64,000 nt of DNA from Spirochaetia bacterium (GTDB taxonomy: Bacteria; Spirochaetota; Spirochaetia; CAKZLE01): positions 3,488,001 through 3,552,000 of the forward strand of contig OY782041.1 in the NCBI GenBank assembly GCA_963677595.1. Reading direction: 5' to 3'. Shown one piece after another: positions 1 through 10,313 of the stretch. Each line of letters begins with the position of its first letter. Positions within the stretch are counted from its first letter, which is position 1. The notes below the pieces were generated by a model, which made no database searches, was not told where the DNA came from, and saw only the letters and a list, made by a program, of their open reading frames with translations. The translations under genes and the position numbers were made by a program.

Positions 1-161
1 CCAGTCGCGTATGCCTTCTCCTCGATGGCCTTGAAATCTTCGTTCTGACCAACGTCAGCAACATACGCGATCACGTCGAACCCCTTGTTGTCCAGCCATT
101 TCAGGATAACAGAGGTATCAAGACCGCCGCTGTATGCCAGGATAATCTTCTCTTTCTTCAT
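1..161 (-). CDS. argG: Argininosuccinate synthase, N-terminal part (runs off the window)
   Basis: Manual translation of the minus strand from ATG at 161 gives [39 protein letters not shown], with the [10 protein letters not shown] signature. Confidence 0.95.
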   Translation of the reverse strand, partial: MKKEKIILAYSGGLDTSVILKWLDNKGFDVIAYVADVGQNEDFKAIEEKAYAT

Positions 162-188
162 CTCACTCACCTTCGCCTTGTTTGAGTT

Positions 189-288
189 ATTCAATATTTA
201 TGCATAAATACCTTGTATTCTGCATATAACTGTATAAATATGCAAAAACGGTAAAAATGTCAATGATATTTTTCAATATTTATACAAA
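189..288. promoter_or_regulatory. Three ARG-box-like ArgR operators around the argG promoter
   Basis: 18-bp boxes ATTCAATATTTATGCATA (189-206), ACTGTATAAATATGCAAA (229-246) and TTTCAATATTTATACAAA (271-288) resemble the TGAAT-N4-ATTCA consensus. Minus-strand TTGACA at 258-263. Confidence 0.7.
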
Positions 289-392
289 AAAAGAGAATTA
301 TCATGGATGAGGGACCTCCTGCGATTTTCCTTGACAGGAACGAGTATTTAGATGATTATCTAAATATAGAGCATAAGCTGTGTGGAGTGTAT

Positions 393-1130
393 ATGATAGC
401 GTTGGATCATGTCTATAAGAGCTACAATAACGGGGCCGTCCAGGCCGTGAGCGATCTCTCCCTGACCGTGCCTGAAGGCGAGATCTTCGGGTTCCTCGGG
501 CCGAACGGTGCCGGGAAGTCCACGACCATCAACATGATGATCGGGCTGCTCAGGCCTGATAGGGGCAGCATCGTCATGGACGGGCTGCAGGCGGGGAAGG
601 ACCTGCTGCAGATCAAGCGGAAGATCGGCTACGTGGCTGACGAACCGGTCTTCTACGAGAAGATGACCGGGCTGCAGTTCATCCGGTTCATCTCCGATAT
701 CTTCGAAGTTGCCCCGGAAGACCAGGGACAGCGGACTGCCGAACTGGCCGAACGGTTCGAGATCACCGATGCCCTCGGGGATGTGAGCTCCTCCTATTCC
801 CATGGAATGAAGCAGAAGCTCGCGATCATCTCCGCCCTCGTGCATGACCCGGACATCTTCATCCTCGATGAACCGATGGTAGGCCTCGACCCGAGGGCTG
901 CCTTCACCCTCAAGGAGATCATGCGTGAGTTGTGCGATGCCGGGAAGACTGTCTTCTTCTCCACCCATGTGATGGATGTGGCAGAGAGGCTGTGCGACCG
1001 GGTAGGGATCATCCGAAAGGGCAGGCTCGTAGCCTGCGATACCTTCGAGAACCTGCGGGGTGCCAGTGAGGCGACCCTCGAAGAGGTATTCCTGGAGTTG
1101 ACTGATGAAGCTGCTGATACTGCTCATTAA
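393..1130 (+). CDS. ABC exporter ATP-binding subunit (ABC-2 type)
   Basis: Walker A GPNGAGKS, signature YSHGMKQ, Walker B ILDEP. Start moved to ATG 393, after GGAG. Confidence 0.9.
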   Translation: MIALDHVYKSYNNGAVQAVSDLSLTVPEGEIFGFLGPNGAGKSTTINMMIGLLRPDRGSIVMDGLQAGKDLLQIKRKIGYVADEPVFYEKMTGLQFIRFISDIFEVAPEDQGQRTAELAERFEITDALGDVSSSYSHGMKQKLAIISALVHDPDIFILDEPMVGLDPRAAFTLKEIMRELCDAGKTVFFSTHVMDVAERLCDRVGIIRKGRLVACDTFENLRGASEATLEEVFLELTDEAADTAH

Positions 1131-2757
1131 GGCCCACCTGACCGGGAGTTCAGCGCTCTCACGCGGGAGGAGGGCAGAACTGAAGACCCAGAGGCAGCGG
1201 TGGCTCATCCCCGTCGCGGTCATCGGTATCGGGATGGCCATGGTCTCGCTGGGCTCGATGGAGGTCTCGATCTACCGGTCGCTCTATACCGTCGGGGAGA
1301 TGTTCGGCTACGGGGAGATCACGATACTCTTTGCCCTTGCCGCAAGCTGGGTCTTCATGTTCATCTTCTCCTTCATCTATGGGATCTCGATCCTCTTCCA
1401 GGCGAATGACCTGAGGCTGCTCATACCGCTGCCGGTAGGCAGCACCCTGCTGGTCTCCTCCCGGCTCGCTGTCGTCTATCTCTACATGATGGTCTGGAAC
1501 CTGCTCATCCTGCTGCCGGCCCTCATCGTGCAGGGCTTCATGGCAGGGGTGACCATCTGGTACGTGATCTATGCCATACTCCTCCTGCTCGTATCACCGG
1601 TCGTCCCCGTCCTCCTCTCCGCACTGCTGGGGACCCTGCTCGTCAGGACGACGGGTACTTTCCGCCATAAGACGCTCTACGAGGTCGCCGTCATGCTCAC
1701 CTCTCTCGCCGCGATCATCGGTCTGCAGTCGGTGCTCACCAGGATGAGCGTGGACCCGGATGCTTCCCTCCAGGTGATCTACACCTTCATAGACGGGCGC
1801 CTGGAATCGATCTATCACCGGCTGCCGCTCTTCGCGATCACTGCAGAGGGTGCCTTCACCACAGGCTGGCTGAAGGGACTGCTCGGCATGCTCATCATGG
1901 CTGCCTCAGGGGCAGTGCTGCTCCTGGTGATCTCCTTCCGGTACCGGGCCATCCTCTCGAACCAGGCCTCTACTGCCGCCTACAGCAGGAAACGGGGGAG
2001 ATCCCCGGCGCACGGCACGCCCGGCAGGCATCGCGGGATCTATCGGTCGCTTATGAGGAAGGAGTTCGATGTCATCGCATCCAACTCGACCTTCCTCATG
2101 GAGACGGTGATGCAGGTCTTCATCCTGCCGTTCCTGCTGATCATCTTCTATGTGACCGGTCAGCTCGGGGAAGTGTCGCAGTTCCTCGAGATGATCAGGG
2201 ACCTTCCGTACCTGGAACTGGCTGTCTTCGGGATACTGCTCCTCTTCGAGGCGCTGACCTCGGTCTCGTCCACGAGCATTTCACGGGAGGGGAAGCGGTT
2301 CGTGATCTCACGGCTGCTGCCGGTAGGGGTGAGGACCCATGTCTATGCCAAGATACTCTTCCAGTATGCGGTCTTCTTCCCGGTCTACCTGCTTTATATC
2401 ATAGGGATCTACCTGATCCTGCCGCTCGACGGGTCTGCCTTGGTATTCATCATTCCCGGAGGCCTGGTATCGGTCGCGCCCTGCGTCATGCTCGGGCTCT
2501 ACATCGACCTGAGGAGGCCGCTGCTGCAGTGGTCACATCCCCAGCAGGCGATGAAGCAGAACCTCAACGTGCTCTTCTCGATGGGGGTGAATATCGCGTA
2601 CCTGGCGCTGCTGGCAGGGATCGCAGCTGTAGGGCTCCTGGCAGGACTCCCGGTCGTGATCATAGGGCTCTCTCTCCTGGTGGTATCAGGGGGAGTAGTG
2701 ATCCTGCTGAGGGGAAGACTGCTGGAGGCGGCTGAGACCTGCTACAATCCGGCCTAA
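1105..2757 (+). CDS. ABC-2 type permease (multi-TM)
   Basis: 550 aa with about 12-14 hydrophobic segments and an SISREGK motif. Overlaps the ATPase gene. Confidence 0.85.
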   Translation: MKLLILLIKAHLTGSSALSRGRRAELKTQRQRWLIPVAVIGIGMAMVSLGSMEVSIYRSLYTVGEMFGYGEITILFALAASWVFMFIFSFIYGISILFQANDLRLLIPLPVGSTLLVSSRLAVVYLYMMVWNLLILLPALIVQGFMAGVTIWYVIYAILLLLVSPVVPVLLSALLGTLLVRTTGTFRHKTLYEVAVMLTSLAAIIGLQSVLTRMSVDPDASLQVIYTFIDGRLESIYHRLPLFAITAEGAFTTGWLKGLLGMLIMAASGAVLLLVISFRYRAILSNQASTAAYSRKRGRSPAHGTPGRHRGIYRSLMRKEFDVIASNSTFLMETVMQVFILPFLLIIFYVTGQLGEVSQFLEMIRDLPYLELAVFGILLLFEALTSVSSTSISREGKRFVISRLLPVGVRTHVYAKILFQYAVFFPVYLLYIIGIYLILPLDGSALVFIIPGGLVSVAPCVMLGLYIDLRRPLLQWSHPQQAMKQNLNVLFSMGVNIAYLALLAGIAAVGLLAGLPVVIIGLSLLVVSGGVVILLRGRLLEAAETCYNPA

Positions 2758-3179
2758 AACACCGGGACGAGGGTCTCTGAGATGGTATCGGGATTCCCCC
2801 GGGTGAGCACATCGGTATCCCCGGCACTCTGGTAGATGGCTGTCTCGCCCTCGTAGACGGCGATCCGCACGACATACCGGCCGAACGGCTGGATATCAGC
2901 CTGATCGAACCTGAGGAGGAAGTTGATCCGGCTCTTGTTCGGGTTCTTGATGATCTGCTTCGAGAGCTGGATCTCCTCGTCCCCGGCCACCGTCACATCC
3001 AGTAACCGGATCTCAAGGGCGATCCCGGTCTTCAGGACGACGGACTCGTCCATAATGATCGAACCGGTGATCGGCTTGTAGGAGAGCTGCTCGAGCTCTT
3101 CCGGCGAGGAGGTGCAGCCGGCGGCGAGTACTGCGGCGAGAATGATGAGAATGTAGAAATACGATCTCCTGGTACTCAT
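2754..3179 (-). CDS. YbaY-family lipoprotein (T3SS pilotin-like)
   Basis: Lipobox LAAGC, plus LEIRLLDVT and FLLRFDQADI...YVVRIAV patterns typical of YbaY/YscW. Confidence 0.7.
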   Translation of the reverse strand: MSTRRSYFYILIILAAVLAAGCTSSPEELEQLSYKPITGSIIMDESVVLKTGIALEIRLLDVTVAGDEEIQLSKQIIKNPNKSRINFLLRFDQADIQPFGRYVVRIAVYEGETAIYQSAGDTDVLTRGNPDTISETLVPVF

Positions 3180-3310
3180 GCTACTAGCATAGTACCCTAT
3201 ATCAGATCTTTTTCCTATATCTATCTTTTTGAATCAGTGGTATTGACTTTCAATGGCTAATGGTATAAAAACATAATTGTAACTATAACAACTTAATGAG
3301 GGAGAATCCA

Positions 3311-3859
3311 ATGAAGCAGTTTATTTGTACCGTCTGCGGGTATATCCATGAAGGGGATACACCGCCTGAGTTCTGTCCGCAGTGCAAGGCACCGGCAGAG
3401 AAGTTCATCGAGAAGGTCGCTGACCAGAAGCTGGTATGGGCCGATGAGCATCGGGTAGGGATCGCCAAGGACCTGGACATCGAAGTGGTGAAAGGCCTCC
3501 AGGAGAACTTCATGGGCGAATGTACCGAAGTCGGTATGTACCTTGCCATGAGCCGCCAGGCAGACCGGGAAGGGTATCCAGAGGTTGCTGAAGCGTATAA
3601 GAGGATCGCGTTCGAAGAGGCTGAGCATGCTTCGAAGTTCGCTGAGCTCCTCGGAGAGGTCGTCACAGCCAGCACCGAGAAGAACCTGCAGATGCGTGTC
3701 GATGCTGAGTTCGGTGCCTGCGAAGGCAAGCTCGCACTGGCAAAGCTCGCAAAGAAGCTCGACTATGATGCTGTCCATGACACCGTACACGAGATGTGCA
3801 AGGACGAGGCTCGTCATGGTGCTGCGTTCAAGGGACTCCTTGACAGATACTTCGGTTAA
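3311..3859 (+). CDS. rbr: Reverse rubrerythrin (NADH peroxidase)
   Basis: N-terminal rubredoxin CTVCGY...CPQC, followed by a ferritin-like domain with EEAEH and DEARH di-iron motifs. Confidence 0.9.
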   Translation: MKQFICTVCGYIHEGDTPPEFCPQCKAPAEKFIEKVADQKLVWADEHRVGIAKDLDIEVVKGLQENFMGECTEVGMYLAMSRQADREGYPEVAEAYKRIAFEEAEHASKFAELLGEVVTASTEKNLQMRVDAEFGACEGKLALAKLAKKLDYDAVHDTVHEMCKDEARHGAAFKGLLDRYFG

Positions 3860-3887
3860 TAGTATTACGTACTGAGTCGAAACAAAC

Positions 3888-3918
3888 GGGGCTGTGTTCT
3901 CTAGCGGGACACAGTCTC
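3888..3918 (+). terminator. Stem-loop between rbr and perR
   Basis: GGGGCTGTGTTCT-ctagc-GGGACACAGTCTC, 13-bp stem with G-U pairs and a weak U tail. Confidence 0.4.
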
Positions 3919-3971
3919 TACTCGTTTCCCGCTCAATGTGCGGGAACATCGTCAATGTGAAGGAGTCTACC

Positions 3972-4397
3972 ATGTCGAACGAACAGGTGATCGGTATCCT
4001 GCAGGAACACGGTATCAAGCCGTCCTACCAGCGGATCAAGATCTATGAATATCTGATCTCGAAGAAGAACCACCCCACAGCCGATATGATCTACAGAGAC
4101 CTCGCTCCCGGGATCCCGACACTCTCGAAGACCACGGTCTACAACACCCTGAAGCTCTTCGACAGCGTGAATGTGGTCCAGAAGATCATGATCGAGGACA
4201 ATGAGGTGCGGTTCGATGCCGATATCCTCACCCACGGCCACTTCAAGTGCCTCGCCTGCGGAGAGATCTTCGATTTCCCTGTCAGGAAGGGGTCGATCGA
4301 CTATGCCCTCTCAGAAGGGTTCGAGATCGAGCATGAACACATCTACTGCACCGGCTATTGCCCGGAGTGTGCGGAACCGGTCTCAAAGAGTTCCTGA
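3972..4397 (+). CDS. perR: Fur-family regulator, likely PerR
   Basis: HPTADMIY, LSKTTVYNTL, HGHFKCLACG and CPEC motifs. Directly downstream of rubrerythrin. AGGAG SD before ATG 3972. Confidence 0.75.
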   Translation: MSNEQVIGILQEHGIKPSYQRIKIYEYLISKKNHPTADMIYRDLAPGIPTLSKTTVYNTLKLFDSVNVVQKIMIEDNEVRFDADILTHGHFKCLACGEIFDFPVRKGSIDYALSEGFEIEHEHIYCTGYCPECAEPVSKSS

Positions 4398-4441
4398 TAC
4401 CAGCGGTATGGTCCCTGCATACCGCTGAATCTTCCCCCCCC

Positions 4442-5851
4442 CTAGAATACCAGCGACCCGCTGAAGGTGATCGAAGGTCCTGCAATATCCCCGAGTCCCT
4501 CGAGTGCTGTCTCGACCTGTCCGGATCCAGGGTCTGACATCTCCCCGAGTATCGCTTCCGCCAGGAGTGCCGGCATCGAGCAGGCAAGGTCGAACCTGGC
4601 GACGAGCAGCCGTGCCCCTGCCCCGAAAGAGAGCGTTCCCGTACTGAAGTCAATCATCTCACTGACTGAGAGGTCCTCGAGCTTACCCGCCAGATCCTGG
4701 CTGTACCCGGCCCGTACGGCAGCTGTGAGCCAGTCTGCCAGCTGCAGTCCCAATTCAGCTCCAAGATGGAGCGACCGCCCTTCATCATCGCCGAAGCGGT
4801 GTATATCGGCAGCGACGAGGAGGTTGAGCAGGTCCTCATCGAAGTCCTGCTTCCGCCTGTTCGACTCATAGGCGATACCAAGGTCGAGCTGTTTCATGGC
4901 TGTCTCGACCGGTGTCTCCCCATCCGCAATGATCGTGCCCAAGTCGCTGAGTGAAGCACCTACGGTGAGTGAGCCCAGGCTGATCATGGTCCCGGCACCG
5001 AAGGTGAGGGAGGTATGGGTATCAGCCCCATCGAAGAGCGCACCGGTGAGTGCCTCGATGGTGATCTCTTCAGGGTCGCTCATGCCGAAGGTCTCGGCGA
5101 TCAGTTGATTGTAGGACGTGAAATCTGCGAACTCGGGTGTCTCGATGCCTACCGTTGCCGTGCGGGTGTAGTCAGCATTGATGCCGAGCGAGATCGGCCC
5201 GAACCGTCTGGCCAGTGCCGCGGCTGCAGATCGTTCACTCGAGATGCTGATCTCGTCAGCTCTCTCCGGAGTGCCGAGGATGCTGATGCCCTGCTCGAAG
5301 GAGAAGCCGACCCCATGGTTGACGTAGGTGACGTTGGGTGCTGCCTGCAGGGAGAGCAGTGCGGTATCGAGCAGGTCAAGGACTGAGACGAGGTCATACC
5401 AGCTGGTGACCTCTCCAAGATCCTCACACGAGATCGTCGACCCGTCGGAGGAGAAGCCCAGGTCCGTGAGGACCGAGGTGAAGCTCAAGCCTGCGTTCTC
5501 GCCTTCCTGGATGAGGAACTTACCCTCGCCATCGACCAGGTCGTCAAAGATGCCGCCGGTAGACGGGTCATACCTGAGCTGGAAGGGAATGATACCGCCG
5601 AGTTCTGCTACTTCAGGCAGGGTGTAATCGAGGAGGGCAGCTGACGGCTGGATGCCGGCAGAAGAGGAGATGACGAGTTCCATATCCTCGATGAAGCCGA
5701 GGCCTGCCGGGTTGGCAAGGATCGTGTTCGCATCATCGCCGATGGCGGTAAAGGCCCCGCCCATTGCCGCATACCTGGCATCTTTGGCATGAAGGGCCTG
5801 CATCGAGATGATTAACGAGATGCACAGGAGCAGGGACAGCTGCTTTCTCAT
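4442..5851 (-). CDS. Putative outer-membrane beta-barrel (FadL/PorV/TraF-like)
   Basis: Signal peptide, AMGGAFTAIGDDANTILANPAGL motif, alternating beta strands and C-terminal Phe. Confidence 0.65.
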   Translation of the reverse strand: MRKQLSLLLCISLIISMQALHAKDARYAAMGGAFTAIGDDANTILANPAGLGFIEDMELVISSSAGIQPSAALLDYTLPEVAELGGIIPFQLRYDPSTGGIFDDLVDGEGKFLIQEGENAGLSFTSVLTDLGFSSDGSTISCEDLGEVTSWYDLVSVLDLLDTALLSLQAAPNVTYVNHGVGFSFEQGISILGTPERADEISISSERSAAAALARRFGPISLGINADYTRTATVGIETPEFADFTSYNQLIAETFGMSDPEEITIEALTGALFDGADTHTSLTFGAGTMISLGSLTVGASLSDLGTIIADGETPVETAMKQLDLGIAYESNRRKQDFDEDLLNLLVAADIHRFGDDEGRSLHLGAELGLQLADWLTAAVRAGYSQDLAGKLEDLSVSEMIDFSTGTLSFGAGARLLVARFDLACSMPALLAEAILGEMSDPGSGQVETALEGLGDIAGPSITFSGSLVF

Positions 5852-5969
5852 ACAAGACTCCGGTAACTATCTACTTACTACTCAACCTGTTACAAACGGT
5901 ATAGGAGAAATGGCCACTTGTAAAGGGTTTTTTAGTGACGAAGTACCGATTTCCCGGTACTATGAGACC

Positions 5970-6836
5970 ATGAGAATGAAGAAAGGATCCGTGAACCAGC
6001 TCTCAGACATCCCCGGGATAGGGGACTTCCTCGATATAGCCGTACCGGGGATGGATAGGAATGCCTACCTCCAGTGCGACAGCCGTATGGATTTCCATGA
6101 CGGGATCGCCAACTACTTCGCCTGGTACCAGGGACGAAAGCTCATCAGCCTCCTCACCATGTTCACCCCCTGGGAGAAGACGGCGGAGGTCTCGGCAATG
6201 ACCCTGCCGGACCATAGGCGGGAAGGTCTGTTCGGCAGGCTGTACGAGACGGCAAAAGAGGAACTGCTCCGTTTCGGCTATGAGTCGCTCCTGCTGGTGG
6301 AGTCGAGCCTCATCACCACGGGGTTCTCCCTGCCGGGCAGCCTCGGTCTGAAGAAGGAGCACTCTGAATACCAGCTGGTCTATGAGAAGGGTGCCTCTGC
6401 CGTCTCTGCCGACCCTGGAACACTGACGGTCAGGAGGGGGGAGCCTGCTGACAGGGAGCTGCTGCTGGATCTGAATCAGAAGATATTCCCCGGGGATGCC
6501 GCGACCTCGGCTCATATCATAGACACGACCCTTGCCGATGAGACCCGGGAGTTCTACCTCTGCTTCGCCAACGGGACGCCGGTAGGCATCTGTGCGGCGG
6601 CTTTCGCCGACAAGGTCTACCTCTACAGCATCGGGATCAGCCCCGAACGTCAGGGCCAGGGCTATGGGAAGGGGTTCCTCCATCTGGTCTTGGACCTGCT
6701 GTCCCCACGGGGGTTTGTCATATCGCTCGAGGCGGACAGTGATAATGAACGGGCTCTTCGCCTCTACCGGGGCGCGGGGTTCGTCGATGCCCTGGAATAC
6801 CGGTTCTACCGGGTACCCTTGAAGGAGGAACAGTGA
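5970..6836 (+). CDS. Tandem-domain GNAT acetyltransferase
   Basis: Two acetyl-CoA motifs (HRREGLF and RQGQGYG) and NERALRLYRGAGF. ATG 5970 lies 6 nt after TACTAT. Confidence 0.85.
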   Translation: MRMKKGSVNQLSDIPGIGDFLDIAVPGMDRNAYLQCDSRMDFHDGIANYFAWYQGRKLISLLTMFTPWEKTAEVSAMTLPDHRREGLFGRLYETAKEELLRFGYESLLLVESSLITTGFSLPGSLGLKKEHSEYQLVYEKGASAVSADPGTLTVRRGEPADRELLLDLNQKIFPGDAATSAHIIDTTLADETREFYLCFANGTPVGICAAAFADKVYLYSIGISPERQGQGYGKGFLHLVLDLLSPRGFVISLEADSDNERALRLYRGAGFVDALEYRFYRVPLKEEQ

Positions 6837-7123
6837 TGTATACCGCAACCATGAGATACCGTATCAAACCCGGGAAGCAGGAGGAGTTCGTCAGGCTCTG
6901 GAGTGAGCAGGTCCTCTCGAAAGCGAAAAGCCAGCCCGGTCTCCATCGCATGATGCTCCTGGAGTCAGCAGGTACCGTCATGGCACTCGGCTCCTGGGAG
7001 GATAAGTCCTATGCTGAGGCGTTCATGCAGACCGGTGTCTTCAAACTCCTCATGGACCAGGTGGAGAGCTGGCTGGAAGAACCGCCGCAACCTGAGCTCT
7101 GGGAGATGGAACACTACCTATGA
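6836..7123 (+). CDS. Antibiotic-biosynthesis-monooxygenase (ABM) domain protein
   Basis: IKPGKQEEF...WEDKSYAEAF dimeric alpha-beta barrel pattern. AAGGAGG SD. Alternative GTG start at 6833. Confidence 0.75.
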   Translation: MYTATMRYRIKPGKQEEFVRLWSEQVLSKAKSQPGLHRMMLLESAGTVMALGSWEDKSYAEAFMQTGVFKLLMDQVESWLEEPPQPELWEMEHYL

Positions 7124-8152
7124 TTCGTCAATGGCATGCAGTGCCATGTCTCCGAACCTGATCCAGCCCTTCTTCCGCATGAACTCACTGACGAGGAGGG
7201 TCAGGACTGCAGGGCCGATGATATGGAGCAGGAGGACCGGCACCAGTGCCGAGGAACCCATGACTTCCAGGGTGGCGAACTGGCCGACCAGCCCGCTCGT
7301 GCCCATACCGGCCCCAATCCGGTTGTTCTCCATCTTGAATACCATCGTGGAGACCGGTCCGAGGATCGCCGAGGCGATGATCGGCGGGATCCAGATCTTC
7401 GGGTTCTTGATGATGTTCGGGATCTGGATCATGGAGGTGCCAAGCCCCTGGCTCACCAGCCCTCCGATCCTGTTCTCCCGATAGCTCGCTGCCGCGAACC
7501 CGACCATCTGGCAGGCACAGCCAACCGTTGAGGCCCCTGCGGCTAGCCCGCTTAATCCCAGTGAGATCGCGATGGCCGCGCTGCTGATCGGCAGCGTGAG
7601 GATCATGCCCATCGATACGGCGATGAGGATGCCCATGGGAAGCGGGTAGAGGGTCGTCAGGTAGTTGATGAACGACCCGATTGCTGCCATCATCGCAGCT
7701 ACAGCCGGTCCCACGAGGACACCTGCAAGCCCGCCGAGGATGATGGTGGATGCCGGCACGAGAATGATGTCGACCTTGGTCTTTCCCGCGATGAGTTTCG
7801 AGAGCTCGGCGCCGACGAGGGAGGCGATGAGTGCCCCTACCGGTTCACCGATCGCCAGGGTCGCTGCCCCTGCCTCGGGGAAGACGACTGTACCGGCCCC
7901 GATGGCTCCCGTGATGATGGAAGCGAAGATCCCCAGCGGGGATGCATGGACAGCGAACGCGACGCCTGCCCCGATGGCTGGACCCATCATGTACTGGGCG
8001 ACCTGACCGAAGTCCGAGAGGACATCCAGCCCTGAGTAGGTGCCGATCTGCTTGAGGATCAGCCCGATGATCAGCGATGCGAAGAGCCCCTGGGCCATGC
8101 CGTTGAGTACCCGAATGATGTATTCCCTGATCCTGCCTCTTTGCCCTTCCAT
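7118..8152 (-). CDS. PfoR-like / PTS_EIIC_2-family membrane transporter
   Basis: LNGMAQGLFASLIIG, LPISSAAIA, QGLGTSMIQIPNI and GAGMGTSGLVG motifs. AAGGAGG SD before ATG 8152. Confidence 0.8.
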   Translation of the reverse strand: MEGQRGRIREYIIRVLNGMAQGLFASLIIGLILKQIGTYSGLDVLSDFGQVAQYMMGPAIGAGVAFAVHASPLGIFASIITGAIGAGTVVFPEAGAATLAIGEPVGALIASLVGAELSKLIAGKTKVDIILVPASTIILGGLAGVLVGPAVAAMMAAIGSFINYLTTLYPLPMGILIAVSMGMILTLPISSAAIAISLGLSGLAAGASTVGCACQMVGFAAASYRENRIGGLVSQGLGTSMIQIPNIIKNPKIWIPPIIASAILGPVSTMVFKMENNRIGAGMGTSGLVGQFATLEVMGSSALVPVLLLHIIGPAVLTLLVSEFMRKKGWIRFGDMALHAIDES

Positions 8153-8317
8153 GCGCTGGCACCTCCTTGAGTCTATTTTTCCATGATACCGATACTGCCG
8201 GTTTTTACAATGCCGGTGCAAGGAATTTCTCCTGAAATCCCATACATTACTTATTTTTTCAACCATTTCGGTATATACTTACCAGATAACACGTAAAAAA
8301 AGCAAAAAGGAGATTCT

Positions 8318-9535
8318 ATGGGCCTGAATCATGTGATCTGTTTCAATGGGGGAAGCTCTTCGATCAAGGTAGCGGTAAAGGAAGTGTCTGAGAATGGGGT
8401 CAGCTCGGTCGTCGATTTCAACTGTCAGGGGCTCGGTACCCCGCACGGCTATGTCGATGTCGCAAGTGAAGAACGCAAGGAACGGTGGGAGATGGTCCTC
8501 GACGACCACAGCTCAGCCCTCCACGCGATCACCGAGATCATCGGGAAGGAGTTCCCGGACCTGAACATCGTGGCAGTGGGACATCGTGTGGTACATGGCG
8601 GTACCGACTTCACCGAATCAGCCCTCATCGACGGGATCGACGGGGAGGTCCAGGCGAAGGTTCTCGAGTGCTCGGCACTCGCCCCGCTCCATAACCCGGC
8701 GAACCACCAGATCATCATCGCATCATTGAAGGATCCGGTCTTCGGGGCTGTCCCCAACGTGGCAGTCTTCGATACACAGTTCCATTCACAGATGCCCGAC
8801 CATGTGAAGTATTACGGGGTCCCGAAGGAGTGGGTCTCCAAGTACGGGATCCAGCGCTACGGATTCCACGGGACCTCCTATGCCTATATAACCGGCAGGT
8901 TCTGTGAGCTGACCGGCACCCCTGCTGACGAGTGTTCGATCGTGATCGCCCATCTCGGTAATGGCTGCTCCATGGCGAAGGTGGAGAAGGGTGTCGGGGT
9001 GGACACCTCCATGGGAGTCACTCCCCTCGAGGGGCTGATCATGGGCACCCGCTCGGGTGACGTGGATCCCGGTATGCTCGAACTCATGGCTGATAACCTC
9101 AAGGTGGATGTCAAGGAGATCGTGAGAATCCTCAACCGGGAATCCGGGGCATGGGGGCTCTACGGCAAGGGTACGAAGGAGATCTACAAGATCAGGGAAG
9201 CGGCTCAGGCAGGGGACGAGGACGCAGCCCTCACCCTCGATGTCATCTCCTACCGGATCGCCAAATACTTCAGCGAGTACCTCGGTACGCTCGAGGACCC
9301 GCAGGGGATCGTCTTCACCGGCGGGGTCGGGGAGAACGAGGGGTATGTCCGCAGGAAGGTGCTCTCGTTCATGAAGATGTTCGCCTGGAAGGTAGATGAG
9401 GAGGCGATCATGACCCGGAACGAGGAGGTCGTGATCGCTGAGAGCGGTATCCTCAAAGGTCTTAAAGCCTGGGTCATCCCGACCAACGAGGAGAAGGTCT
9501 TCGCCCTGGAAGCCCTGAAACACGCAGGGCTCTAA
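8318..9535 (+). CDS. ackA: Acetate (short-chain acid) kinase
   Basis: NGGSSSIK, GHRVVHGG, LAPLHNP, YGFHGTS, HLGNG, GTRSGDVDP, VFTGGVGEN and IPTNEE motifs. Confidence 0.93.
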   Translation: MGLNHVICFNGGSSSIKVAVKEVSENGVSSVVDFNCQGLGTPHGYVDVASEERKERWEMVLDDHSSALHAITEIIGKEFPDLNIVAVGHRVVHGGTDFTESALIDGIDGEVQAKVLECSALAPLHNPANHQIIIASLKDPVFGAVPNVAVFDTQFHSQMPDHVKYYGVPKEWVSKYGIQRYGFHGTSYAYITGRFCELTGTPADECSIVIAHLGNGCSMAKVEKGVGVDTSMGVTPLEGLIMGTRSGDVDPGMLELMADNLKVDVKEIVRILNRESGAWGLYGKGTKEIYKIREAAQAGDEDAALTLDVISYRIAKYFSEYLGTLEDPQGIVFTGGVGENEGYVRRKVLSFMKMFAWKVDEEAIMTRNEEVVIAESGILKGLKAWVIPTNEEKVFALEALKHAGL

Positions 9536-9550
9536 CCAATCAACACGCCC

Positions 9551-9931
9551 TCAGGGATTCCTGGGGGCGTCTGTGCCTTCTGTCGGGAAGCCTGCTTTCA
9601 CCCAGCCGGAGAAGCCGCCGCTCAAGTTGAAGCACTTCCCGTACCCGACTGACCTGAGGAAGACGAGGGCCATGGCGGACTGCACCGAGCCGTTGCAGAC
9701 GCAGATGACCGTACGTTCTGTATCGGGGAGCTGCTCCCCATACCGGTCCGGGAGTTCCTGGATGGGAAGCTGCACAGAGCCCGGGATACGGGCCTGTTCC
9801 CAGGCATTCCTCCCCCTGAGGTCTATGATATCGAGCACCTCACCCGAATCGAGCATCTCCCTGAGCTTGTCACGGTTGAGCATACCCATCCCGGGTTCCA
9901 TCTCTCTCAGCACATCAGCAGCGGTTCTCAT
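9551..9931 (-). CDS. Single-domain rhodanese
   Basis: IIDLR...IPGS, active-site loop VCNGSVQS and NLSGGFSGW. Confidence 0.85.
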   Translation of the reverse strand: MRTAADVLREMEPGMGMLNRDKLREMLDSGEVLDIIDLRGRNAWEQARIPGSVQLPIQELPDRYGEQLPDTERTVICVCNGSVQSAMALVFLRSVGYGKCFNLSGGFSGWVKAGFPTEGTDAPRNP

Positions 9932-9944
9932 TGATACGATCTCC

Positions 9945-10295
9945 TTATAATGATATATGGAAATGACGAAGGACTAAGACCAGCAGCAGGTAGAGTGCCA
10001 CGGTCATGCCTGAGGCGATCCCCAGGCTGCCCCAGAAGCCGGTGCCCCGGTCCAGGAGGTAGGGGAAGAGGAGGAAGAAGCTCAAGGACGGCAGTACGAG
10101 CCAGAAGATGGATCGCGACAGACCGGCAACCGCTGAGTTTTCCACCTTCTCTACGTGCATCCAGAGGATAGCCAGGAGGGAGGTGAGCGGCAGGGAGGCG
10201 ATGAGGGCCCCGATGAGCGAACTGTGTTTCGCCGTCTCGCTGACGGCAACGATGATCACCGCCGAAATAAGTACCTTGATGATGTAATAGAGCAT
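9945..10295 (-). CDS. DUF3147-family small membrane protein
   Basis: KVLISAVIIVAVSE...GALIASLPLTSLLAILW pattern, with 4 TM segments. Confidence 0.75.
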   Translation of the reverse strand: MLYYIIKVLISAVIIVAVSETAKHSSLIGALIASLPLTSLLAILWMHVEKVENSAVAGLSRSIFWLVLPSLSFFLLFPYLLDRGTGFWGSLGIASGMTVALYLLLVLVLRHFHISL

Positions 10296-10313
10296 ATGAA
10301 ACCTCCTGTGACG

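Noticed and set aside
2754-2757. Short tail-to-tail overlaps of convergent genes (also 7118-7123, 24719-24722, 31225-31228, 53274-53314)
   Set aside because: Common in compact bacterial genomes, with no specific evidence of antisense regulation.
3241-3297. PerR box upstream of rubrerythrin (TTGTAACTATAACAA)
   Set aside because: Only an imperfect palindrome with unclear promoter spacing; plausible but too weak to call.
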